A DNA stretch of 52,259 nt from Bradyrhizobium sp. (GCA_040392305.1 JBEBWH010000001.1:1-52259), one strand, 5' to 3'. Positions 29,224 to 37,912 are shown, counted from the first letter of the stretch. Notes: generated by a model from the sequence alone, not told the origin. Made by a program: numbers and translations.

Positions 29224-30117
29224 TCACAACGGGCAACCCGCCATGGCGCGGATATCGGCAGGCGTATGGCCGGCGGCGCGCAGCTCGCGCAGGCCGGTGG
29301 CGCGGGTCGATTTCGAGAGCTTGCGCCCGTCCGCATCCAGAACCAGCGGGTGATGCCGGTAGCGCGGGGCGGGCAGGCCGAGCAGCGCCTGTAGCAGGCG
29401 GTGCACGCTGGTCGCCCGGAACAGGTCGCAGCCGCGCACGACGTCGGTGATGTCTTGCGCCGCGTCGTCGACCACCACCGCGAGGTGATAACTGGTCGGC
29501 GTCTCCTTGCGCGCCAGGATCACGTCGCCCCATTCCTGCGGCCTGGCGGCGATCGGGCCGGTTTCGCCGTCAGGGCCGGCGCCCGTCTCGTCCCAGTGGA
29601 GCGGGCCGGCTTGCGCCAATGCCGCCGCCATGTCGAGCCGCAGGGCGTAGGGCTCGCCGGCCGCGATCCGTCGCCGCCGCTCATCGGGCGGCAGCAGACG
29701 GCTGCCGCCAGGATAGAGCGGCGCGCCATCGGGGTCGCGCGGCCAGTGTCCGGTGCGGTCGCGTTCGGCGACGAGGCGGGCGATCTCGGCGCGGCTCTCG
29801 AAGGCCGGATAGATCAGCCCCGCGCGGTCGAGCCGGTCGAGCGCCGCGCGATAGAGCGGCAGATGCTCGGACTGCCGCCACACCGGCGTCTCCCATGTCA
29901 GGCCGAGCCAGGCGAGATCCTCATGGATTGCGGTCTCGTAGTCCGGCCGGCAGCGCGTGGCGTCGATATCCTCGATGCGCAGCAGGAAGCGGCCGCCGCT
30001 TCGGCGGGCGAGTTCGGCGTTGAGCAGGGCCGAGCGTGCGTGGCCGAGATGCAGGAAGCCGTTGGGGCTGGGGGCGAAGCGGAAAACGGGTGGCGGCATG
30101 GCGGGCCGGGCGAGCAA
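29224..30117 (-). CDS. gluQ: tRNA glutamyl-Q(34) synthetase
   Basis: 297 aa. 'FRFAPSPNGFLHLGHA' (HIGH-type), truncated GluRS catalytic domain without an anticodon-binding domain, 'KLSKS' motif. Confidence 0.9.
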   Translation of the reverse strand: MLARPAMPPPVFRFAPSPNGFLHLGHARSALLNAELARRSGGRFLLRIEDIDATRCRPDYETAIHEDLAWLGLTWETPVWRQSEHLPLYRAALDRLDRAGLIYPAFESRAEIARLVAERDRTGHWPRDPDGAPLYPGGSRLLPPDERRRRIAAGEPYALRLDMAAALAQAGPLHWDETGAGPDGETGPIAARPQEWGDVILARKETPTSYHLAVVVDDAAQDITDVVRGCDLFRATSVHRLLQALLGLPAPRYRHHPLVLDADGRKLSKSTRATGLRELRAAGHTPADIRAMAGCPL

Positions 30118-30174
30118 TGGAGGAAGCTTCTCCTATTTGCACAACCGGCGGATTGCCGCCATGCTTGCCGCCCG

Positions 30175-30930
30175 ATGACCTGCCATCTCCACACGCAAGC
30201 CGATCTCGACGCCGCGATTCAGGCGCTGGTGGCGCGGGACCCGCGCCTTGCGCCGGTGTTCGAGCTGACCGGGCTGCCGGCGCTGCGGCGTCGCGAGCCG
30301 GGCTTTGCGGGGCTGGCCTCGACCATCTGCGGCCAGCAGCTTTCGACCAAGGCGGCGGCGGCGATCTGGGGCCGGCTGACGGCTGCCTATGATCCGCTGC
30401 ATCACGACCACATCCGCCGCGCCCGTGCCGACCGGCTCGGGCGGCTCGGCCTGTCGGCCGCGAAGATCAGGACGCTGAAATTCATTGCCGGCGAAATCGC
30501 CAAGGGGCGGCTCGATCTCGTCGCGCTGGCGGATGCGCCGGCCGATGCGGCGCATGCGGCGCTGACGGCGCTGCACGGTATCGGGCCGTGGACCGCGGAC
30601 ATCTATTTGCTGTTCTGCCTCGGCCATGGCGACGCCTGGCCGGCCGGCGATCTGGCCGTGCAGGAGGCGATCCGCATTGCGCTCGACCTCGAGGCGCGTC
30701 CGACTGTTAAAGAGATGGCGGTGCTGGGCGAGGCATGGCGACCGTGGCGCGGCGCGGCCGCGCACCTGTTCTGGGCCTATTACAAGGTGGTCAAGACGCC
30801 CGGCTTCGAGGCGATGCTGCCTGCGCCGGCGGCCGCGCCCACGCCTGCGCGGCCGGTCACGGGGAAGCCGGTGGCGGGCGCGCGCGCCGCAACCGTCCCG
30901 CGCACGGGCCGCCGGGCGCGTTCGGGGTAG
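30175..30930 (+). CDS. DNA-3-methyladenine glycosylase 2 family protein (HhH-GPD, AlkA-like)
   Basis: ATG 30175. 'ICGQQLSTKAAAAIWGRL', HhH 'LTALHGIGPWTADIYLLF', and catalytic-Asp context 'WPAGDLAVQ'. Pro/Ala-rich tail. Confidence 0.8.
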   Translation: MTCHLHTQADLDAAIQALVARDPRLAPVFELTGLPALRRREPGFAGLASTICGQQLSTKAAAAIWGRLTAAYDPLHHDHIRRARADRLGRLGLSAAKIRTLKFIAGEIAKGRLDLVALADAPADAAHAALTALHGIGPWTADIYLLFCLGHGDAWPAGDLAVQEAIRIALDLEARPTVKEMAVLGEAWRPWRGAAAHLFWAYYKVVKTPGFEAMLPAPAAAPTPARPVTGKPVAGARAATVPRTGRRARSG

Positions 30931-31089
30931 ATTCGACCTGCCTTGAACGTGGCGTCGTTCGGGCGAGGCGGCCAGGCCGCGCATCAGCGGTGAGTTTGCC
31001 GCAGACGGGCCTTCACAATGCCGTCACGGTCCCTGTAGTATGCCACCGCAAGCTGCTTTGCAGCCGACTCGGGGGGTCAGGAGCGTTAC

Positions 31090-31644
31090 TTGAACGCACA
31101 TGTCTCACACGGTTGGCCGGTCTTGGTTCTGAACGCCGATTTCCGACCGCTTAGCTATTATCCGCTGTCCCTGTGGTCATGGCAGGACGCGATCAAGGCG
31201 GTGTTTCTCGAACGGGTCAACATCGTCGAACACTACGACCGCGCTGTTCGCAGCCCTTCGTTCGAGATGCAATTGCCGAGCGTGGTGTCGCTCAAATCCT
31301 TCGTCAAGCCGACCACGCATCCCGCCTTCACCCGCTTCAATGTTTTCCTTCGCGACAAGTTCACCTGCCAGTATTGCGGCGCGCATGACGATCTGACCTT
31401 CGACCACATCGTTCCGCGCTCGCGTGGCGGCCAGACGACGTGGGAGAATGTCGTTGCCGCCTGTTCGCCGTGCAATCTGCGCAAGTCCAACATGACGATG
31501 GCGCAGGCGCATATGTTTCCACGCCAGTTTCCGTTCGCGCCGACGGTGCACCAGCTTCATCGCAACGGCCGGCTGTTTCCGCCCAACCATCTGCACGAAA
31601 GCTGGCTCGACTATCTCTACTGGGACACCGAACTCGATCCGTAA
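31090..31644 (+). CDS. HNH endonuclease
   Basis: 184 aa. 'CQYCG...LTFDHIVPRSRGGQTTWENVVAACSPCNLRKS' is a complete HNH/Cys-box motif. TTG start in the ORF track. Confidence 0.85.
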   Translation: MNAHVSHGWPVLVLNADFRPLSYYPLSLWSWQDAIKAVFLERVNIVEHYDRAVRSPSFEMQLPSVVSLKSFVKPTTHPAFTRFNVFLRDKFTCQYCGAHDDLTFDHIVPRSRGGQTTWENVVAACSPCNLRKSNMTMAQAHMFPRQFPFAPTVHQLHRNGRLFPPNHLHESWLDYLYWDTELDP

Positions 31645-31849
31645 CATCGCTCCTCGTCCTCCGCACGACTGCATTCCCGGTCAGCGCCCGGCACCGGGCG
31701 GCATGCCGCTTCCCCGAACCGCCGGTTGAAAACGCATCGACGGGAGGGGGCGGCTTTTGCCCGGACCGGCCCGCTCTGGTAACGGTGGCGCCACGAGGAA
31801 GACGCTGCCCGCGGCATCGCGCGCGCAAGACAGGAAGAGAGGACGAACC

Positions 31850-32707
31850 ATGATCGAATCCGTTGGCATCATCGGCGCAGGAACCATGGGAAACGGCATT
31901 GCGCAGGTGTGCGCGGCGGCCGGTCTTGCGGTGACCATGACCGACATTTCCGATAGCGCGGTCGCGCGCGGGTTGTCGGTGATCGACAAGAGCCTCGAAC
32001 GGCTGGTCAACAAGCAGAAGATGAGCGAGGCCGATCGCGCCGCCACGCTGGCGCGGATCACCGGCACCACCGACAAGGCGACGCTCTCGGTCTGCGATCT
32101 CGTCATCGAAGCCGCCACCGAAAACGAGGATCTGAAGGTCAAGATTCTCAGGGATCTGTGCGCGACCCTGCGCCCGCAGACGCTGGTCGCCACCAACACC
32201 TCGTCGATCTCGATCACCAAGCTTGCCGCCGCGACCGACCGTCCGGACCGCTTCATCGGCATGCATTTCTTCAATCCCGTGCCGCTGATGGCGCTACTCG
32301 AACTGATCCGCGGCCTGCAGACCTCCGACGACACGCATGCCAAGGCGGCGGAGTTCGCACGACGGATCGGCAAGGTGGCGATCACCGCCAGGAACAGCCC
32401 GGGCTTCGCGGTCAACCGCATCCTGTGCCCGATGATCAATGAGGCCATCTTCGCGCTGCAGGAAGGCATTGCCAGCGCCGAGGATATCGACGCCGGCATG
32501 AAGCTCGGCTGCAACCATCCGATCGGACCGCTGGCGCTGGCCGACATGATCGGCCTCGACACCATGCTGTCGGTGATGGAGGTCTTCTATGACGGCTTCA
32601 ACGATCCGAAGTATCGCGCCGCGCCGCTGCTCAAGGAAATGGTCGCGGCCGGCCATCTCGGCCGCAAGACCGGCCGGGGCTTCTACGACTACGGCGGTGC
32701 TGCCTGA
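31850..32707 (+). CDS. 3-hydroxybutyryl-CoA dehydrogenase (second paralog)
   Basis: ATG 31850 with GAGAGGA upstream. GIIGAGTMGNGIA, TNTSSISIT, HFFNPVP, GRKTGRGFYDY. Clearly homologous to 23446..24327 but diverged. Confidence 0.9.
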   Translation: MIESVGIIGAGTMGNGIAQVCAAAGLAVTMTDISDSAVARGLSVIDKSLERLVNKQKMSEADRAATLARITGTTDKATLSVCDLVIEAATENEDLKVKILRDLCATLRPQTLVATNTSSISITKLAAATDRPDRFIGMHFFNPVPLMALLELIRGLQTSDDTHAKAAEFARRIGKVAITARNSPGFAVNRILCPMINEAIFALQEGIASAEDIDAGMKLGCNHPIGPLALADMIGLDTMLSVMEVFYDGFNDPKYRAAPLLKEMVAAGHLGRKTGRGFYDYGGAA

Positions 32708-32727
32708 TCAAGCCGCCGCGGCGCAGG

Positions 32728-32743
32728 GGCAAAATATTTTGCC
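32728..32743. promoter_or_regulatory. perfect 16-bp palindrome GGCAAAATATTTTGCC
   Basis: Self-complementary 16-mer 21 nt after the hbd-paralog stop. AT-rich centre in a GC-rich background. Function unknown (protein-binding site or weak hairpin). Confidence 0.35.
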
Positions 32744-32778
32744 TCCGCGCTGCGGTCGGGCGTCATGAATCCGAACCT

Positions 32779-32809
32779 GGCATCGGCTCTGCGAGGAAGA
32801 GCCGATGCC
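32779..32809. terminator. 12-bp perfect hairpin between convergent genes
   Basis: GGCATCGGCTCT-gcgagga-AGAGCCGATGCC. Lies 19 nt beyond the stop of the minus-strand gene 32828..33265 and 72 nt beyond the plus-strand stop. No U-tract. Confidence 0.55.
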
Positions 32810-32827
32810 GCTCCGATACGGTGAAGC

Positions 32828-33265
32828 TCAGCTCTTGAGGCGCTTGTTGCACTCGCTGTAATAGCCGCCGCCCTTCTGAATCCATTTCAGCCCGCCATTG
32901 GCGTTGGCCGCCTTGTTGGCGTTGTACTGGTCGACGCAGGTGTGCATGCGCGCCTTGGAAGGCTTCTCCTTCGCGTATTTGGGCGCGATCGCGGTCGGGA
33001 AAACGGCGTTGCCGGATGGCGCCGCCGCCGCGGCCTTCGAAGCCGCCGCAGGCTTGGCGGCCGCCGCCGGTGTGACCGCCGCGGTGTCGCCGCATTGCGA
33101 TTTGCGGAAGTCGTTCCAGGTCTGGCTGCCGAGCGTGCCGGCCGCCTTTGCCGCCTGATACTTCGCGCTGCATTCCTGCGCCGTCAAAGCCTGCGCCGGC
33201 ATCGCCGCCAGCAGTCCCAATCCGGATGCAATGGCAAGGCACCAGAGTTTCGATCGGGCCGTCAT
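32828..33265 (-). CDS. secreted hypothetical protein with duplicated two-Cys module
   Basis: ATG 33265. Signal peptide ...LLAAMPAQA-LT. Two related modules (C..KY.AAKAAG....W.DFRK..C and C.DQYNANKAANANGGLKW.......EC) separated by an Ala/Pro-rich linker. Confidence 0.5.
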   Translation of the reverse strand: MTARSKLWCLAIASGLGLLAAMPAQALTAQECSAKYQAAKAAGTLGSQTWNDFRKSQCGDTAAVTPAAAAKPAAASKAAAAAPSGNAVFPTAIAPKYAKEKPSKARMHTCVDQYNANKAANANGGLKWIQKGGGYYSECNKRLKS

Positions 33266-33477
33266 TGGAAATCTCCCCACAATGTTGCCGGGCAAGTCGC
33301 AATGCGCTGAACGTGGATTTGCCCCCGGCGCATCCTAGCCGAACGCGGGTTCCTGACAACGTCGGACAGACACGGAAAACTGATCGCCGCCGTGCCGGAA
33401 CCGCATAGCGAATTCATCGGTCATTCAGCTTGGCGGACCGACGCTGGACCCTCATGCAAACACCATGAGGTGATGCC

Positions 33478-33747
33478 ATGAGGACGATATCTTCACTGTG
33501 TCTCGCCGGCGCATTCGCGATGACGCTGTTCACCGGCGCCGCGGTGGCGCAATACACCTCGACCCCCGCGCCGGCTTCGCCGCCGGCTGCAAAGATGGCG
33601 CCGGCCGCTCCGACGGCCGCTGCGAAGCCCGCGAGGAGAGCGGCTTCGCTCGATTGCTCGAGACAGGCTGACGCCAAAGGGCTGCACGGCAAGGAGCGCA
33701 GGAAATTCCGCTCTGCCTGCCTCAAGGGTCCGAGCAAGGCGATGTGA
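33478..33747 (+). CDS. PsiF-like small secreted protein
   Basis: 89 aa. Signal peptide ...GAAVA-QY. Ala/Pro linker. C-terminal 'CSRQADAKGLHGKERRKFRSACLKG' matches the PsiF repeat pattern. Confidence 0.65.
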   Translation: MRTISSLCLAGAFAMTLFTGAAVAQYTSTPAPASPPAAKMAPAAPTAAAKPARRAASLDCSRQADAKGLHGKERRKFRSACLKGPSKAM

Positions 33748-33920
33748 TGCCGCGCGGTCGCTGACCCCGTCATCCTGCTGATCGTGCCCGTCGTCGCTCG
33801 CCGGAGCCGGGGGTGCCGAACAGACCGATCTGCACCGGGCCGGTCGCTGGCGGCCGCCACGGCGGATTTGTCGGCGTGAGTGAGATTTGCCATAACGGCC
33901 GGCCACACCAAGCCGCCGCG

Positions 33921-34985
33921 ATGTCCTTTGCCCGTCCCACCCGCGCCGATATTCTGTCCACCGCCGAAACCCTGCTGATCGGGACGGCGGGCGGCCTGCT
34001 GTTCGAAGCCGCGGCGCTGCCCGGCGGGCTGATCTCCGGCGCGATGATCGCGGTCGCGGTGGCCGCCGTCGCGGGGCGTCCGTTGCGGCTGCCTGTCCCG
34101 GTGGCGGCGTCGATCCTGATCGTGCTCGGCATGTCGCTCGGCTCGATGGTGACGCGCGACCTGGTGCAGAACGCGATCGCCTATCCGGTCACCATCGCGC
34201 TGCTGGCGCTGGCGACGTTTGGCGCCACCTTCGGGTCGAGCCTCTATTTGCAGCGCCTGCATGGCTGGGACCGGACGTCGGCGCTTTTGGCCGGCAGCCC
34301 CGGCGCGCTGTCGCAGGTGCTGATGATCGCCCATGACAGGCGCGCCGACGTTCCCGGCATTGCGGTGGTGCAGACCATCCGCATCATGATCCTGACCGCA
34401 GGGCTGCCGCTGCTGCTGGCGCTGGGCGGCTTTGCGCATCACGCCGCGCCCGGCATGCCGGCGGCCGTCGCCGGGCCGCTGGCGCTCGGTGCTCTCGCCG
34501 CCGCCTCGGTTGCGACCGCATGGCTGCTGCGCCGGGCGCGCTTTCCGGCAAGCTGGATGTTCGGCGCGATGCTGGCGTCGGGTCTGGCGCATGGCTCCGG
34601 TCTCATCGAAGGTGGCCTGCCGGTGTGGGGCCGGGCGGCGGCGCTGATCGGCATCGGCGCGCTGATCGGCACCCGGTTCGCGCGCATCTCGATGCGCACG
34701 ATCCTCGGCTACATCGCCGCGGCGTTCGGGTCGTTCGCCGTCGCGATCGGGGTTTCGGCGGTGTTTGTCGGTATCGTGCTTTTGATCACGCCGGTGCGTT
34801 TCAGCGATGCGGTGGTCGCCTTCTCGCCGGGGGCGATGGATGCGATGCTGGCGCTGGCGCTGACATTGCATATCGACCCGGTGTTCGTCGGGGTTCATCA
34901 CCTGTCGCGCTTCGTGTTCGTTTCGGTGGCGACGCCGGGGATCGTGCAACTGTTCGGGCGGCCGCAGCAGGATGCCGACGATTAG
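33921..34985 (+). CDS. AbrB-family membrane protein (putative ammonia monooxygenase-like, duplicated 5-TM)
   Basis: ATG 33921. Highly hydrophobic 354 aa with internal duplication. 'GGLISGAMIAVAV' and 'ASWMFGAMLASGL' repeat starts are typical of PF05145-type proteins. Confidence 0.7.
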   Translation: MSFARPTRADILSTAETLLIGTAGGLLFEAAALPGGLISGAMIAVAVAAVAGRPLRLPVPVAASILIVLGMSLGSMVTRDLVQNAIAYPVTIALLALATFGATFGSSLYLQRLHGWDRTSALLAGSPGALSQVLMIAHDRRADVPGIAVVQTIRIMILTAGLPLLLALGGFAHHAAPGMPAAVAGPLALGALAAASVATAWLLRRARFPASWMFGAMLASGLAHGSGLIEGGLPVWGRAAALIGIGALIGTRFARISMRTILGYIAAAFGSFAVAIGVSAVFVGIVLLITPVRFSDAVVAFSPGAMDAMLALALTLHIDPVFVGVHHLSRFVFVSVATPGIVQLFGRPQQDADD

Positions 34986-35530
34986 TCCGCTGCCGTCCGC
35001 GTCAGTATGTTGCGCGCGGCCGACGCCGCGATCAGCGTCATCAGGAGCGACAGCAGCACGTTGTATCCCGCCAGTGATAGGCCGATAAAGCGCCACTGTA
35101 CGGCGTCGCAGCGCACCACATCGGCCGACTTCAGCCGCTCGAACAGGCTTGCGGCGTCGCCGAAATCGGTGACCGGGCCGGAGCACGCGGTCGGGCCTTG
35201 CCACCAGCCCCATTCGACCCCGGCGTGATAGGCGCCGAGCCCGGCATTGGCGAGCATGGCGAGTGCGACGACGGCGAAGCCTGCCGTCAGCGCCCAGCGC
35301 GGCGCGCCTTTGGCCGCACCGAACGCGACCAGCAGCGCGAGCGGGATGGCGAGGTAATAGGCATAGCGTTGCTGGAGGCAGAGCGGGCAGGGGAGGATGT
35401 TCAGAACCAGCTCGAAGAACCACGCGCCGGCGATGGTCGCCGCGCCGATCGCCGCGATCGTCAGCGCGGCCGTGACGGCGGGCCGGGCGGGGTGGAGCGT
35501 TTGCGGTGAGGTCGTCGTTATGCCGGTCAT
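34982..35530 (-). CDS. dsbB: disulfide bond formation protein B family
   Basis: ATG 35530. 4 TM segments. First periplasmic loop CPLCLQQR (CxxC) and a second Cys pair region. Confidence 0.8.
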   Translation of the reverse strand: MTGITTTSPQTLHPARPAVTAALTIAAIGAATIAGAWFFELVLNILPCPLCLQQRYAYYLAIPLALLVAFGAAKGAPRWALTAGFAVVALAMLANAGLGAYHAGVEWGWWQGPTACSGPVTDFGDAASLFERLKSADVVRCDAVQWRFIGLSLAGYNVLLSLLMTLIAASAARNILTRTAAD

Positions 35531-35697
35531 CGGCTTTCCTTGGCGTGACGCTGGTGCGTATCGTGCCTGCGCCGCGCTGTCGAGACGCCGCCAATCACAA
35601 AGAACGGCGCAGCGGCGGTCGATCCGCCTTGACCCGGCATCGCCCATCGCTATGATCCGCCGCGCTTCGCGACCCCGCCACGGCGGCGGCCCCGGAG

Positions 35698-35782
35698 GCC
35701 CCTGTGGCGGAACTGGTAGACGCGCTCGACTCAAAATCGAGTTCCGCAAGGAGTGCTGGTTCGATTCCGGCCAGGGGCACCA
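35698..35782 (+). tRNA. tRNA-Leu (anticodon CAA)
   Basis: Hand-folded. Acceptor GCCCCTG/CAGGGGC. D-arm GCGG..AACTGGTAGA. Anticodon stem CTCGA/TCGAG with loop CT-CAA-AA. Long variable arm TTCCGCAAGGAGT. T-arm GCTGG-TTCGATT-CCGGC. Discriminator A and encoded CCA. Confidence 0.9.
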
Positions 35783-35905
35783 ACACACTGTTTCCATACG
35801 TGTGTCAAAGTCCCTCAACGACTTTTTGTTCTAACTGGATCAAATGAATACCCTGAGCTCCTGCCTTAGGGTGGCCATTATAGTCTACCAGCGTCCAAAC
35901 ATTTA

Positions 35906-35943
35906 TGTGGTATTTTTGTTGGTAGTTTCGGACAGTGTTGGTA
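35906..35943 (+). promoter_or_regulatory. three direct TGT(T)GGTA repeats upstream of the integrase (candidate arm-type/int-promoter sites)
   Basis: TGTGGTA 35906-35912, TGTTGGTA 35917-35924, TGTTGGTA 35936-35943. They lie 23-60 nt upstream of the int ATG. Confidence 0.35.
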
Positions 35944-35965
35944 TTGCCAACCTCGATCGTCGCCC

Positions 35966-37168
35966 ATGCCAGCACGCACTGAGTTAACGTTCCGAAACGC
36001 CAAGCCGGCAGAAAAGCCGTTCAAATTGTCGGATGGCGGCGGCCTTTTTTTGCTCATCCAACCAAGCGGCTCGAAGCTTTGGAGGCTCGCTTATCGCTAT
36101 GGTGGCCGTCAGAAGCTTCTTGCACTCGGCAGCTACCCACTCGTCTCCTTGGCTGATGCGCGCACGGCTCGGGAAGCAGCAAAGAAACTTTTATCTGACG
36201 GCATTGATCCGTCCGAAGCTCGAAAGTCAGAACGTCGCGCGCAGAAGATATCCCGAGTTAATACGTTTGGCTCGATCGCTCACGAGTGTCTTATCAAGTG
36301 GCAGGCCGAAGGTGCATCATCGCGGACGCTCACAAAAAAGAATTGGCTCCTAGAATTTCCTATAAGAGATTTTGGAAATCGCCCTATCGCTGAGATCAAG
36401 ACCGCCGACCTTCTCGACAGCCTTCGCAAAATTGAGAAGAACGGCCGACATGAGACAGCTCTGCGCGTCAGAAGTGTCGTCGGTGAAGTTTTTCGATATG
36501 CAATCGCGACGAGCCGTGCAGAACGCGATATCGCGGCAGACCTTCGTGGTGCATTGATCGCGCCGAAAGTCAAGCATCATGCCGCAATCACCGACCCGAA
36601 GAAAATCGGAGCGTTAATGAGGGCAATCCACGATTTCGACGGCCAGCATACCACTCGCGCCGCCTTGAAGCTTGCACCGCTTGTGTTCGTCCGGCCGGGC
36701 GAACTTCGCATGGCTGAATGGTCCGAAATCGATCTGACAGCCCGTGTATGGCGCATTCCGGGAAGACGCATGAAGATGGGCGGCGATCACATCGTTCCCC
36801 TTTCCGACCAGGCCGTCTCTATCCTTTCTGAACTGAAACAGCTAACCGGCAGTTCGAAACTCCTCTTTCCCTCGATACGATCGTGGCATCGGCCTATTTC
36901 CGAAAATACACTGAATGCGGCGTTGCGTCGGCTCGGATATTCCACAGAGGAGATGACGACGCATGGCTTTCGGACGATGGCTTCAACGCGATTAAACGAA
37001 AGTGGAAAATTCAACTCCGATGCCATCGAGCGGCAACTTGCCCATCAAGAGAAGAACGAGGTCCGTCGCGCATACAACGCTGCGCAGTATCTGCTCGAAC
37101 GAACGCGAATGATGCAAGAGTGGGCCGATTATCTCGACGAGCTTAGGGAAGAAAAGCATCGCGGCTGA
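35966..37168 (+). CDS. int: tyrosine-type site-specific integrase (P4-like, DUF4102 N-terminal domain)
   Basis: 400 aa. 'LTFRNAKPAEKPFKLSDGGGLFLLIQPSGSKLWRLAYRYGGRQKLLALGSYP' is the classic P4-integrase arm-binding domain. C-terminal HGFRTMAST...ERQLAH...VRRAYN catalytic residues. Confidence 0.93.
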   Translation: MPARTELTFRNAKPAEKPFKLSDGGGLFLLIQPSGSKLWRLAYRYGGRQKLLALGSYPLVSLADARTAREAAKKLLSDGIDPSEARKSERRAQKISRVNTFGSIAHECLIKWQAEGASSRTLTKKNWLLEFPIRDFGNRPIAEIKTADLLDSLRKIEKNGRHETALRVRSVVGEVFRYAIATSRAERDIAADLRGALIAPKVKHHAAITDPKKIGALMRAIHDFDGQHTTRAALKLAPLVFVRPGELRMAEWSEIDLTARVWRIPGRRMKMGGDHIVPLSDQAVSILSELKQLTGSSKLLFPSIRSWHRPISENTLNAALRRLGYSTEEMTTHGFRTMASTRLNESGKFNSDAIERQLAHQEKNEVRRAYNAAQYLLERTRMMQEWADYLDELREEKHRG

Positions 37169-37330
37169 CAGGTACTTTGTCAACCTTACGCGAAGGGCGG
37201 GATTGGCCAACGGGGTTGTCGCGATTGTTCCGGTCTATAGGATTCGCAACGAGGACGCGGCAACATGCTTGAGGGGACCTTAGTATGATGCGAGAGTTGT
37301 CCGATCCTGCGAATCAAACTTCGGGCAGCC

Positions 37331-37870
37331 ATGACCAAGCCAAAGAGAAAGCCAAAGCATTATCGTCCGCAGCGCCCTTATCGTGGGCAGCTCGCCAAGA
37401 GCATTGAGGTGTCTGAGATCAAGACTTATCGCAACGGCGAAAGCTTCTATGAACTGGACAAACGCGAACTTGAAACGGCGATAAAAATCCAGGCTGATAG
37501 GATGACGTTTGTCTTTGAACATTTCGGGATTGAACAGGAAGACAAAAACAAGTGGCGTTCCGTCGCGATGGCCATTGCAGAAAATTGCATTCCCGGCGTG
37601 GGGGTCGTCTTGGTCAGGCGCGCCGGCCAACCCAGAAAGATCAAAGGCAACGAGCGGCAGTTTCTCGACCGTATCGGTGAACTTGAAAGCGAGGGCGCGT
37701 CTCACGATGATGCTCGCAAAAAGGCGGCACGCGAATTTGGCTCGACCGCAGGACCGCGCGCACTTCGAAACATGGAAAGTGCAGCCAGAACCAAGGTCAA
37801 CTTCTTCAACCTGCGTCTTGAACGATACTTTTCCGACGATCCCGAATTTTTGCGATCGCTTCGTCTTTGA
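37331..37870 (+). CDS. hypothetical protein (island orphan)
   Basis: 179 aa. Charged, non-repetitive composition. The opposite-strand ORF 37280..37705 looks non-protein-like. Weak RBS. No family recognised. Confidence 0.5.
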   Translation: MTKPKRKPKHYRPQRPYRGQLAKSIEVSEIKTYRNGESFYELDKRELETAIKIQADRMTFVFEHFGIEQEDKNKWRSVAMAIAENCIPGVGVVLVRRAGQPRKIKGNERQFLDRIGELESEGASHDDARKKAAREFGSTAGPRALRNMESAARTKVNFFNLRLERYFSDDPEFLRSLRL

Positions 37871-37873
37871 CGA

Positions 37874-37912
37874 TCACAAATAACTGGGCAAACTTGGGGT
37901 CTTTATTTGTGA
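37874..37912. promoter_or_regulatory. 10-bp perfect inverted repeat TCACAAATAA-N19-TTATTTGTGA
   Basis: Starts 3 nt after the stop of 37331..37870 and ends 63 nt upstream of the AlpA-like gene. AT-rich arms. Operator or terminator-like. Confidence 0.4.

Noticed and set aside
33353-33369. Possible Pho box (CTGTCCGACGTTGTCAG on the minus strand) between the PsiF-like gene and its divergent neighbour
   Set aside because: The two TGTC cores are 10 nt apart, not the 11-nt period of Pho boxes, and each half matches the consensus poorly.
33414-35594. 726-aa minus-strand ORF covering the PsiF-like, AbrB-family and dsbB regions
   Set aside because: Its composition is dominated by Arg/Gly/Ala/Pro/Asp. 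It overlaps three better-supported genes on both strands, so it is an artefact of stop-codon-poor GC-rich sequence.
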